Assembly: GCA_964646785.1 (NCBI GenBank) | Contig: CAZYGU010000002.1 | Span: forward strand, 1-58,770 | DNA length: 58,770 nucleotides | From: an uncultured Candidatus Saccharibacteria bacterium | Lineage (GTDB): Bacteria > Patescibacteriota > Minisyncoccia > Phycocordibacterales > Zambryskibacteraceae | Reading direction: 5' to 3' | In this document: piece by piece, positions 24,652 through 33,587 of the stretch | How the letters are laid out: each line of letters begins with the position of its first letter | Position numbering within the stretch: the stretch's first letter is position 1 | Position numbers and translations under genes: made by a program | The notes under the pieces: generated by a model | Seen by the model: the letters and a program-made list of their open reading frames with translations, nothing else | The model's database searches: none | Told to the model about the DNA's origin: nothing

Positions 24652-25017
24652 TTAGTGTTTCGAAATGAAGAATACGACGTGTGTCGAACTCATCATATTC
24701 ATTGAAAAATGCAAACCTTCCTTCCTCTGGTCAGCATCTTGAACTTCAACAACAAGCTCGAAGATGGCTTTTTGCTCGCATTCAGTGCGAACCAGTTCGC
24801 AAAGGGCACGCAGTCCGGGCTGAGGGATTTTTCCCAAACCAAGATGAATTTCCTTGAACACCGTATTGAGCACGTAGGTGTATCCCTCGTGCTGGCACAC
24901 GGTTTGAAGCATCTTGGTTTCACGAACTTCTCTTACCGCTTCGAGTACTTCCTTTATGAGCTCTGCTCGGTGGGAAGTGCCGTGTGTTTCCATTGGCGAA
25001 ATCCGAATCTTATGCAT
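24652..25017 (-). CDS. hypothetical protein (orphan; the only minus-strand gene in the window)
   Basis: The ORF runs to 25062. I prefer ATG 25015-25017 (MHKIRISPMETHG...) because AGGAGA (plus-strand tctcct, 25024-25029) sits 6 nt upstream of it. Local GC is visibly higher than in neighbouring genes. A terminator hairpin lies just downstream on the minus strand. I recognise no family. Confidence 0.5.
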   Translation of the reverse strand: MHKIRISPMETHGTSHRAELIKEVLEAVREVRETKMLQTVCQHEGYTYVLNTVFKEIHLGLGKIPQPGLRALCELVRTECEQKAIFELVVEVQDADQRKEGLHFSMNMMSSTHVVFFISKH

Positions 25018-25170
25018 GAACTTCTCTCCTGTCTTTGTAGGGCTCGCAGAGAACGTCGTCACTCTGCATGCCTACGAAAAAGAACAAAACGACGTTAAAT
25101 ATATTATACTACTAATGAAGTATATAGTCAATGATAGGAAAATGGCTAAATATAAGGTATTCTAGGCTTT

Positions 25171-26268
25171 ATGTCACTATCTATCGGAATTGTAGGGCTA
25201 CCAAACGTTGGTAAATCGACGCTTTTTAACGCACTAACGAAAAAGTCTGTTCCAGCGGAAAATTATCCGTTTTGTACTATTGATCCATCAGTTGGTATCG
25301 TTCCAGTACCTGATGATCGACTCTATAAACTTGCAGATTTTAGTAAAACTCAAAAGACAATTCCAGCTGTTGTAGAATTCGTTGATATTGCTGGCCTTGT
25401 TAAAGGTGCATCTGAAGGCGAAGGTCTGGGAAATAAGTTTTTATCAAATATTCGTGAGGTGGATGCAATTGCTGAAGTGGTAAGAATTTTTGAGGATGAG
25501 AACGTTATTCATGTTGCAGGAAAAATTGATCCACTTTCAGATATCGAAGTTATTAACTACGAACTTATCCTTGCTGATTTGCAAACTGTTACAAAAAGAC
25601 TTGATGGACTTGGAAGAGATGTGAAAGTAGGCAACAAAGACGCAATTGCAGAAAAAGCTATGCTTGAACGTATAAAACCTGCACTTGAGGCTGGAAAACT
25701 TGCGTCTTCAGTTGAGCTTACAGAAAAAGAAATACCTTTAATTAAAGGTCTTCATTTACTTTCAATGAAACCAATATTGTATGTGTTGAATAAAAAAGCA
25801 GGGGGTAAAAATCTTGACGAAGTGAATGATGTACGATGGGAAAAACTTCTTCAATTTATGAAGGACTCTGGTTCAGAACACGTGTTTGTTGATGCTGGTA
25901 TTGAACATGAATTGAAGGATATGACATCTGAAGAAAAAAAAGAAATGAAAGAGGGCTTAGGAAGTCAAACTGATGGTATCGACGATCTCATTCGTGCAGG
26001 ATATAAGCTCCTTAAGCTCATGACATATTTTACAACAGGTGAAGTGGAAACTCGTGCATGGACAGTACCAGTGGGAGCAACAGGTCCAGAAGCAGGAACC
26101 GCTATCCATACAGATTTTAAAGAAAAGTACATTCGTGCCGAAGTTATCGAATGGGACAAACTTCTTGATGCAGGATCATTTGCAAATGCTCGTGAAAAGG
26201 GTTGGCTTCGAACAGAAGGCAAAGAATATATTGTGAAGGATGGAGATGTGATTGAGTTTAAAATTTAA
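25171..26268 (+). CDS. ychF: redox-regulated ATPase YchF (Obg-family GTP-binding protein)
   Basis: G1 motif [36 protein letters not shown], and a C-terminal TGS-like end DGDVIEFKI. 365 aa is the typical length. Confidence 0.95.
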   Translation: MSLSIGIVGLPNVGKSTLFNALTKKSVPAENYPFCTIDPSVGIVPVPDDRLYKLADFSKTQKTIPAVVEFVDIAGLVKGASEGEGLGNKFLSNIREVDAIAEVVRIFEDENVIHVAGKIDPLSDIEVINYELILADLQTVTKRLDGLGRDVKVGNKDAIAEKAMLERIKPALEAGKLASSVELTEKEIPLIKGLHLLSMKPILYVLNKKAGGKNLDEVNDVRWEKLLQFMKDSGSEHVFVDAGIEHELKDMTSEEKKEMKEGLGSQTDGIDDLIRAGYKLLKLMTYFTTGEVETRAWTVPVGATGPEAGTAIHTDFKEKYIRAEVIEWDKLLDAGSFANAREKGWLRTEGKEYIVKDGDVIEFKI

Positions 26269-26363
26269 ACAAGAAAAAACCACAAAAATTTCAGGGTTAA
26301 CTTTGGTTGTTCGCTCGCCGCTACTAAAGTGTATGTTTTTGAAAGTAGGTATATAATTGAGCT

Positions 26364-27293
26364 ATGGAAACACACAAAACAACCGCAAAGGATTTTTTCC
26401 TTCATTTAGGTCTTCTTGTATCATTGTATTCAGGAGTAGGATTCTTATTGAATCTTCTTTTTAGCGTTATTAATAGTGCATATCCAGGGATTGATTCATA
26501 CTATTACACTCCATCAATGAGCTTTCCTGTGGCGGCTCTTATTATTTTGACACCAGTTCTTCTGGTTCTCGGAGCATTTATCGCAAAATCTGAAAGCGCT
26601 GACCCAGCAAAAAAAGATATTTGGGTTAAACGATGGTCAACATACCTTACGATGTTTGTTACGGGAGCAGTTATTGTCGGCGACCTTATTATGGTGTTGT
26701 ACTACTTTCTTGACGGAAAGGATATTACTACTGCGTTCTTATTGAAAATTGTTGCTGTGCTTGTTGTACTAGGTTCAGTATTTACATATTTCTGGTCAAA
26801 TTTGAATGGTTCACTAACTCCAACAAAAAGAAAAATGTGGCAGGTTGGAGCAATTGCTATTGTACTTGTCGCTATTGTTCTTGGTTTTACAGTGATCGGA
26901 TCACCACGCACACAACGGTTGATGAAATACGATGGACAAAAGGTTGCTGATCTACAAAATATTCAAGGACAGATTATCAATTATTGGCAGTCAAAAAAAA
27001 CCCTTCCTCCAAATCTTGAGTCGCTGAAGGATTCCTTGTCGTACTTCAATCTTCCTGTTGATCCTCAAACTAAAGAAAACTATACCTATAAACTTTCTGA
27101 AAATGCCTTCACATTTGAATTGTGTGCAACATTTAATCGTGACTCAAGACTTACCTTAGCGTCTCCACGAATAAGTAATGCAATGTATTATGTTGGTATT
27201 GAAAATGAAAATTGGACATATAAATCAGGAAACTTCTGCTTCGTTAGAACCTTAGATCCTGATCGATATCCGCCATTCAAGAATGATTTGTAA
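26364..27293 (+). CDS. multi-pass membrane protein, DUF5671-like
   Basis: N-terminal TAKDFFLHLGLLVSLYSG and about 5 TM helices. The C-terminal extracytoplasmic segment has DLQNIQGQIINYW...LPPNLESL...PVDPQTKENYTYK...FELCATF, a pattern I recall from DUF5671 proteins common in CPR genomes. Confidence 0.6.
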   Translation: METHKTTAKDFFLHLGLLVSLYSGVGFLLNLLFSVINSAYPGIDSYYYTPSMSFPVAALIILTPVLLVLGAFIAKSESADPAKKDIWVKRWSTYLTMFVTGAVIVGDLIMVLYYFLDGKDITTAFLLKIVAVLVVLGSVFTYFWSNLNGSLTPTKRKMWQVGAIAIVLVAIVLGFTVIGSPRTQRLMKYDGQKVADLQNIQGQIINYWQSKKTLPPNLESLKDSLSYFNLPVDPQTKENYTYKLSENAFTFELCATFNRDSRLTLASPRISNAMYYVGIENENWTYKSGNFCFVRTLDPDRYPPFKNDL

Positions 27294-27300
27294 AAGAAAA

Positions 27301-27329
27301 AAACAGTCCTAGTGTAGGACTGTTTTTTC
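27301..27329 (+). terminator. rho-independent terminator
   Basis: aaacagtcct (27301-27310) pairs with aggactgttt (27316-27325), with a 5-nt loop and a following T-run. Confidence 0.65.
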
Positions 27330-27354
27330 TTGTATGATGAGAAAATAACGCATT

Positions 27355-30201
27355 ATGAAACCATACGACCCAAAGAAGATTGAGAAGAAGTGGCAAGCTA
27401 CGTGGGAAAAGAAGAAGCCATTTAAGGCAGATATAAAGTCTAAGAAACCAAAATGGTATTCACTAGTTGAATTCCCTTATCCTTCAGGAGAAGGTCTCCA
27501 TACAGGGCATGTTCGGGGGTATACAGCGATGGATATTATTTCGCGTAAGCGAAGAATGGAAGGATTCAATGTTTTGTATCCAATAGGTTGGGATGCTTTT
27601 GGTCTTCCTACTGAAAACTATGCAATTAAGACGGGCATTCAGCCTGCGGTTATCACAAAGAAAAACACAGATACATATCGAAAACAAATGAAGTCACTTG
27701 GACTTTCATTTGACTGGTCACGAGAAATAAATACTACAGACCCAAAGTATTATAGATGGACACAGTGGCTTTTTCTTCAATTTTTGAAGCATGATCTTGC
27801 TTACAAGAAAAAAATGAACATCAACTGGTGTCCAAAAGATAAAATTGGTCTTGCAAATGAAGAAGTGGTCAACGGGTGTTGTGAACGCTGTGGTACTCCT
27901 GTTGAAAAAAGAGAAAAAGAGCAATGGATGCTTGCGATTACAAAGTATGCTGATCGTCTCGACAAAGATCTTGATGACGTTGACTACCTTCCACAAATAA
28001 AACTTCAGCAAAGAAATTGGATAGGGAAATCTGAGGGTGCAGAAATAGAATTTGAGATAAAAAATAATGAATCTAAAATAAAAGTTTTTACAACAAGACC
28101 AGATACAATTTTTGGTGCCACATACCTTGTTGTCTCACCTGAACATGAAATTCTTAAGAGTAACGAATTGAAGGTTGAAAATTATGATGAAGTAACTGCA
28201 TACATAGCAGAGGCAAAAAAGAAAACGGAGATCGAAAGAACCGATCATAGTAAAGAAAAAACAGGTATAGAGCTTATGGGTGTAAAAGTGATAAACCCAG
28301 CAACACATGAAGAGATTCCATTATGGGTCGCTGATTATGTATTAGCTCAGTACGGTACTGGTGCCATCATGGCAGTACCCGCTCATGATGAAAGGGATTA
28401 TTCTTTTGCAAAAAAATATAATTTATCGATTAAAAAAGTTATTGAGCCAGTTTTTATTCAAGATACGGGGCCAGACAAAATACGCGAAGATAGGCCTTTA
28501 GTTGAGCGTGAAGCAATTACGGCAATTGTTAAGCATTGGAAAGAAGATAAGTATATTGGTCTAAAATGGAAGAAAGTTGATTGGGAGACTCTCATTACTG
28601 GTGGTGTTGAGCCTGGCCAAACTGCGGAAGAAGCTGCTATTGCTGAAATTCGTCAAGAAACTGGATATCAAAATCTCAAATTAGTAAAAGTACTACCACG
28701 TACACACGCAAAATTTTTCCATGTCCCAAAAGACGTAAACAGATTTGCACATTTTCATGTTCTGTATTTTGAATTACAAAATGATGAACAAAAAGATTTA
28801 GCTGCTGGCGAAAACGAGATACATGATGTTATCTGGCTTACCTCTGCGGAAATGGAAAAGTTTCGATTGCCAGAGTCACACAGGTATTCTTGGCAAACAC
28901 TGACTAATGAAAGCGAACTATGGACAGGGAACGGAATACTAACTGGGTCTGGATCATTAAATGGCGCAGATTCAATTAAAGTAAAAAATGAACTAATAAA
29001 ATTAGTTAATGGAAAGGCTGTAACAACATTTAAGTTACGTGATTGGGTATTTTCTCGACAAAGATACTGGGGTGAGCCAATCCCTGTAATTCATTGTCCT
29101 GACTGCGGCGTTGTCCCTGTTCCAGAAAAGGATCTTCCGGTGACTCTTCCAAAGGTAAAAAAATACGAACCTACCGATAATGGTGAATCTCCACTTGCTG
29201 ATATTACTTCTTGGGTGAATGTAAAATGTCCAAAGTGTAAAGGAAAAGCAAAGAGAGAGACTGATACGATGCCAAACTGGGCTGGTTCATCATGGTACTT
29301 CTTACGCTATACTGATCCGAAAAATTCAAAAGCATTTGCTGGAGCTGATGCTCTTAAGTATTTTTCTCCGATTGATTGGTATAACGGTGGAATGGAACAC
29401 ACAACACTTCACCTTTTATATTCAAGATTTTGGAATAAATTTTTGTTTGATCTCGGGCTTGTACCAACATCAGAACCATATAAGAAGCGTACCTCTCACG
29501 GGCTTATATTAGCTGAAGGTGGAGAAAAAATGTCGAAGTCGAAGGGGAATGTGGTGAATCCAGATACAGTAGTAAGTCTTTATGGGGCAGATACACTTCG
29601 AATATACGAAATGTTTATGGGTCCTTTTGATCAACCAGTCGCATGGTCAACAGACAGCATCATTGGAAGCAGGCGTTTTATCGAAAGAGTATGGAAAATG
29701 GGTCATGAGATTGATGTAAAAAAGAAACACGAAGCGCTGAATGAAGAACTTGAACCACTACTCCATAAAACAATTGTAAAAGTTGGAGCTGATATTGAGA
29801 CAATGAGTTTCAATACAGCCATCTCATCTCTTATGATATTGTTAAACGAGTTTGAAAAGCATACACCAAGTACAACTCAGTTCGAGTCATTTCTTCGTCT
29901 TCTTGCTCCATTTGCACCCCATGTAACTGATGAACTTTGGTCGCTTTTAGGGAATAGAAAATCAGTACATGAGGCGCAGTGGCCAGTAGCTAATTTACAA
30001 AAAATTTCTGCTGAAAAAGTAACTATTGCCGTACAAGTAAATGGAAAAATACGTACAACATTTCAACAACATAGGGATGCAACCGAGGATGAGACTGTGT
30101 CAAGGGTGAAGTCAATACCTGAAATCGTAAAATGGGTTGGGGATAATCAAATTAAAAAGATAATTTTTGTCAAAAATCGCCTTGTAAATATTGTTATTTG
30201 A
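27355..30201 (+). CDS. leuS: leucine--tRNA ligase carrying an inserted Nudix-like domain
   Basis: Class I motifs FPYPSGEGLHTGHVRGY (HIGH) and KMSKSKGN (KMSKS). CP1 editing-domain landmarks TTRPDTIFGATYLVVSPEH and GTGAIMAVPAHDERDYSFAKKYNL. LRDWVFSRQRYWGEPIP is also present. An extra ~154 aa (nt ~28459-28920) has a Nudix fold pattern. Confidence 0.93.
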   Translation: MKPYDPKKIEKKWQATWEKKKPFKADIKSKKPKWYSLVEFPYPSGEGLHTGHVRGYTAMDIISRKRRMEGFNVLYPIGWDAFGLPTENYAIKTGIQPAVITKKNTDTYRKQMKSLGLSFDWSREINTTDPKYYRWTQWLFLQFLKHDLAYKKKMNINWCPKDKIGLANEEVVNGCCERCGTPVEKREKEQWMLAITKYADRLDKDLDDVDYLPQIKLQQRNWIGKSEGAEIEFEIKNNESKIKVFTTRPDTIFGATYLVVSPEHEILKSNELKVENYDEVTAYIAEAKKKTEIERTDHSKEKTGIELMGVKVINPATHEEIPLWVADYVLAQYGTGAIMAVPAHDERDYSFAKKYNLSIKKVIEPVFIQDTGPDKIREDRPLVEREAITAIVKHWKEDKYIGLKWKKVDWETLITGGVEPGQTAEEAAIAEIRQETGYQNLKLVKVLPRTHAKFFHVPKDVNRFAHFHVLYFELQNDEQKDLAAGENEIHDVIWLTSAEMEKFRLPESHRYSWQTLTNESELWTGNGILTGSGSLNGADSIKVKNELIKLVNGKAVTTFKLRDWVFSRQRYWGEPIPVIHCPDCGVVPVPEKDLPVTLPKVKKYEPTDNGESPLADITSWVNVKCPKCKGKAKRETDTMPNWAGSSWYFLRYTDPKNSKAFAGADALKYFSPIDWYNGGMEHTTLHLLYSRFWNKFLFDLGLVPTSEPYKKRTSHGLILAEGGEKMSKSKGNVVNPDTVVSLYGADTLRIYEMFMGPFDQPVAWSTDSIIGSRRFIERVWKMGHEIDVKKKHEALNEELEPLLHKTIVKVGADIETMSFNTAISSLMILLNEFEKHTPSTTQFESFLRLLAPFAPHVTDELWSLLGNRKSVHEAQWPVANLQKISAEKVTIAVQVNGKIRTTFQQHRDATEDETVSRVKSIPEIVKWVGDNQIKKIIFVKNRLVNIVI

Positions 30202-30298
30202 ACACAAAATTGAATTACTTGACTTGTTATCGTTGAAATGATACAAATGAGAGACAATTCTATAAACTTAAGCAAATACAAGCTATAATATAAACCGT

Positions 30299-31342
30299 AT
30301 GAGCGACGTTATCACCATAAAATTCAAACCAAAGCAAGTCACAAAGCGCCTTTTGTCGGTGCTCTCTGATCGTGGACGGGATGTTATTATTAAGAGATAC
30401 GGTCTTGACGAAAGTGCTCGACGAACGACCCTTGAAGGTATCGGGAAGAAGTACGGAATTACCCGTGAACGAGTCCGACAGATTGAAAATCATTCAATTG
30501 CGAACATCCGAAAATCAAAGGATTACGCAAAAGAAAAACTTGCATTCGATCAGCTCAAGGAATACATCACATCTCTTGGCGGTGTTGTTTCAGAAGATGA
30601 TATTTTGAGTCATGTAAGTAAGGATAAGAGTGTTCAAAACCATGTTTACTTCATGCTTGTTATTGGTGAGGAATTTGTGAAGGAAAAAGAAGATGATGAA
30701 TTCAAACATCGATGGCACGTTGATAAAGCGTTATCAGAAAAAATTCATTCCGCTTTAAAAAAGCTTTACAGTAATCTTTCTGATGATGAGTTGGTTCTAG
30801 AAGGTGACATGATTGAATCTTTTCTTGAGTATGTGAAGGATGTCTCTGTTGAATATAAAAAAGAAGAAGTTGTTAAAAGATGGCTTTCTCTTTCACAAAA
30901 AATCGGCAAAAACCCTCTTGGCGAATGGGGAAAGACTAACTCACCAAATGTAAACGTAAAAGGAATGAGAGATTATGCTTTTCTTGTTATTCGAAAGCAT
31001 GGCTCACCAATCCACTTTAAGGAAGTAGCGAAAGCTATTACACAGTATTTTGATAAAAAAGCACATGTTGCCACTACTCATAATGAACTTATAAAAGACC
31101 CACGATTTGTTCTTGTTGGACGAGGTCTGTATGCACTTTCAGAATGGGGTTATATTTCTGGTGTTGTAAAGGATGTTATCAAGAAAGTTATTGAAAAGAA
31201 TGGCCCGCTCACTAAAGATAAGATAATTGAAAAGGTACTGAAAGAGCGCTATGTAAAAGAAAACACTATCCTTGTAAACCTTCAGAATCCAAAGTTTTTC
31301 TCAAAAGATAAGGATGGGAAGTATAGTATCGTAGAGAAATAG
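30299..31342 (+). CDS. DNA-binding protein with a sigma-70 region-4-like HTH and a C-terminal HARE-HTH-like domain
   Basis: N-terminus: LSDRGRDVIIKRYGLDESARRTTLEGIGKKYGITRERVRQIENHSIANIRKS, which matches the sigma70 region 4.2 pattern. C-terminal part: IHFKEVAKAI...THNELIKDPRFVLVGRGLYALSEWGY, as in HARE-HTH / RNAP delta N-terminal domains. I see no sigma region 2. Confidence 0.55.
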   Translation: MSDVITIKFKPKQVTKRLLSVLSDRGRDVIIKRYGLDESARRTTLEGIGKKYGITRERVRQIENHSIANIRKSKDYAKEKLAFDQLKEYITSLGGVVSEDDILSHVSKDKSVQNHVYFMLVIGEEFVKEKEDDEFKHRWHVDKALSEKIHSALKKLYSNLSDDELVLEGDMIESFLEYVKDVSVEYKKEEVVKRWLSLSQKIGKNPLGEWGKTNSPNVNVKGMRDYAFLVIRKHGSPIHFKEVAKAITQYFDKKAHVATTHNELIKDPRFVLVGRGLYALSEWGYISGVVKDVIKKVIEKNGPLTKDKIIEKVLKERYVKENTILVNLQNPKFFSKDKDGKYSIVEK

Positions 31343-31385
31343 TTTCTAGAAAAAATCCCCACAACATGGGGATTTTTTCTAGAAA
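31343..31385 (+). terminator. rho-independent (bidirectional-type) terminator
   Basis: A perfect 19-nt inverted repeat, tttctagaaaaaatcccca (31343-31361) paired with tggggattttttctagaaa (31367-31385), with a 5-nt loop. The GC core is atcccca/tggggat, flanked by an A-tract and a T-tract. Confidence 0.65.
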
Positions 31386-31420
31386 GGGAATGCGCTTTGC
31401 TATACAATAGAGTGTGAACA

Positions 31421-32662
31421 ATGATACATACATTTCTTGAACTTTTTCGATCTGGTATTTTTCTCACAGTTATAGATTATATTGTTTTTTTTGCATGGCT
31501 TTGGATACCAATACTTCTTGGTACTCTTTTTTTTCAGACGTGGATAAGGTACATACGAACAAAATATATTCATAAGCAAGAAAGTATTCTTCTCGAGCTT
31601 AAACTTCCAAAGGAAATTACAAAGTCTCCTGCTGCAATGGAGGTGGTCATTCAGGCTATGGCACAACCATCAGTCGGAAACTATATTGACGTATATCTTG
31701 GAGGAAAAGTTCGTTCATGGTTTTCACTCGAAATCTGCTCACTCGGAGGTCAGGTGAAGTTTTTCATTTGGACACATAAAAAGTTTAAGAGTGTCCTTGA
31801 GTCACAAATATATTCTCAATTTCCTAATGTTGAAGTTACAGAAGTTCCTGATTATGCGATGCAAACTGAATACTATCCATCTGAAGTAACTTTATGGGGT
31901 ACGCAACTAGCTCTCACAAAACCTGATCCATATCCAATTAAAACATATATTGATTACGGACTTGATAAAAACCCCGATGAAGAGTTTAAAATTGATCCAA
32001 TCACACCATTGATTGAATTTCTTGGAAGTATAAAGCCTGGTGAACAGATTTGGATCCAGATCCTGATTCAAGCGCATAAAAAGGAAAACCTTAAGGATCT
32101 TCGTGTGAAAGAAAAACCAGACTGGAAAAAGGATATTACTAAAGAAATTAAAAAAATTATTGAGGAGCAAGGAATTATAAAACCAGAAGATGGAAAGCAG
32201 GCAAGTATGGGTGGGCTTACTGATTCACAAAGGGATGTGATCAAGGCAATGGAAAGGAATGCGGCTAAAATTGCGTTTGAAACAATGATACGTGCAATCT
32301 ACATCGCTCCAAAAGATGTATTTAATGGGAATAATGCAGGTGGTGTCGCAGGACTGTTCAAGCAATTCGGATCAATGAATCTTAATGGTTTTAAACCGAA
32401 CTTTTCAAATGGCGCAGATTACCCATGGGAAGACTTTAAAGGGCTTCGAGCTGCGAAGAGAAAGAGAAAGCTTTTTGATGCATATCGAAGGAGGTCAATT
32501 TTTAATATTCCGTTTAAGAACTTCGAAGGAGCTAAGCCATTTATTTTAACAACTGAAGAGCTCGCAACACTATTTCATTTTCCTGGAGGAGTTGCTTCTA
32601 CACCAACACTTACTCGTACTCCATCAAGAAAAGCTGAGCCACCATCAAATTTGCCTATCTAA
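31421..32662 (+). CDS. hypothetical membrane protein (two N-terminal TM helices plus a large soluble domain)
   Basis: 413-aa ORF. TM helices are IFLTVIDYIVFFAWLWIPILLGTLFF, followed by ILLELKLPKEITKSPAAMEVVIQAM. No P-loop or other catalytic motif is visible. Confidence 0.6.
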   Translation: MIHTFLELFRSGIFLTVIDYIVFFAWLWIPILLGTLFFQTWIRYIRTKYIHKQESILLELKLPKEITKSPAAMEVVIQAMAQPSVGNYIDVYLGGKVRSWFSLEICSLGGQVKFFIWTHKKFKSVLESQIYSQFPNVEVTEVPDYAMQTEYYPSEVTLWGTQLALTKPDPYPIKTYIDYGLDKNPDEEFKIDPITPLIEFLGSIKPGEQIWIQILIQAHKKENLKDLRVKEKPDWKKDITKEIKKIIEEQGIIKPEDGKQASMGGLTDSQRDVIKAMERNAAKIAFETMIRAIYIAPKDVFNGNNAGGVAGLFKQFGSMNLNGFKPNFSNGADYPWEDFKGLRAAKRKRKLFDAYRRRSIFNIPFKNFEGAKPFILTTEELATLFHFPGGVASTPTLTRTPSRKAEPPSNLPI

Positions 32663-32665
32663 TAC

Positions 32666-33562
32666 ATGAGGGTTGATTTATCACAACTAAAGCAAAAGCA
32701 TAAATTTTTTCTTGCATGCGCAATAGTTTCTTTTGCTGTATTCACTTTAGTTTTTATTTTTGCTCCACTTACAAAAGCTCCATTTCCTCAAATTGTCGAG
32801 ATTTCTAAAGGTTCCACACTTAATCAAGCAGCTTCTCTATTAAAGGATCGAAATCTCATTTACTCTGAGTTTGTATTTAAGGCGCTGGTTGTACTTCAGG
32901 GTGGAAAAAGAAATATTGTCGCAGGAGATTACTATTTTACAAATCCTCACGGTACTGCATCACTTGCACGCAGGTTCGTTAAAGGAAATTTTGGCCTTGA
33001 GCTTGAAAAAATTACTATCCCTGAAGGTTTAACGAATAAACAAATAGCTAATCTTTTTAAGCTACAATTTTCGTTATTTGATGATGAATATTTCTTAAAA
33101 AATGCTCCCCAAGGATATCTTTTTCCTGATACATATTCATTTTTTCCGAATGTAAGTGCAAAAAGTGTTATTGGAAGAATGCAAGATGTATTTAGTACAA
33201 AAACTGAGCGCATAAAAAATGATGCAACTGTACTTAAGCGTAATTTCGCTAACATTGTAATCCTCGCATCAATTCTCGAGGAAGAAGCAAAACCTGAAGA
33301 TATGAAAATGGTTTCTGGAGTGCTTGCAAATAGACTGGCAATCAATATGCCTCTTCAAGTTGATGCTGCAACTTCAACATATAAATCAAAAGGTATTCCA
33401 CTTGTGCCCATATCAAATCCAGGCCTCGATGCACTTGAAGCTGCGCTATATCCAACAAAAAATGACTATCTTTACTACCTTTCAGATTTAAAAGGAAAAA
33501 TATATTACGCCAAAACATTTGATGAGCACCAAACGAACCGTGAATTGTACCTAAATAAATGA
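32666..33562 (+). CDS. mltG: endolytic murein transglycosylase MltG (YceG family)
   Basis: N-terminal TM helix. YceG landmarks: ITIPEGLTNKQIANLF, QGYLFPDTYSF, VILASILEEEA, VLANRLAINMPLQVDAAT, SNPGLDALEAALYP. Confidence 0.85.
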   Translation: MRVDLSQLKQKHKFFLACAIVSFAVFTLVFIFAPLTKAPFPQIVEISKGSTLNQAASLLKDRNLIYSEFVFKALVVLQGGKRNIVAGDYYFTNPHGTASLARRFVKGNFGLELEKITIPEGLTNKQIANLFKLQFSLFDDEYFLKNAPQGYLFPDTYSFFPNVSAKSVIGRMQDVFSTKTERIKNDATVLKRNFANIVILASILEEEAKPEDMKMVSGVLANRLAINMPLQVDAATSTYKSKGIPLVPISNPGLDALEAALYPTKNDYLYYLSDLKGKIYYAKTFDEHQTNRELYLNK

Positions 33563-33587
33563 GGTGCTAGACTGGCTTTCGTTCAAT

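Noticed and set aside
24709-25165. Plus-strand ORFs 24709-25098 (129 aa) and 24914-25165 (83 aa), opposite the orphan gene.
   Set aside because: Their products are Cys/Arg-rich and irregular. The minus-strand ORF has a good SD 6 nt from its ATG and a terminator with a T-run in its own orientation. This remains a judgement call (confidence 0.5).
4860-25170. Whether the giant-gene operon is a mobile genomic island (flanking direct repeats, integrase, tRNA target).
   Set aside because: I found no integrase or transposase, no tRNA gene and no convincing flanking direct repeats. The composition of the operon outside the Gly-rich part resembles the surrounding genes.
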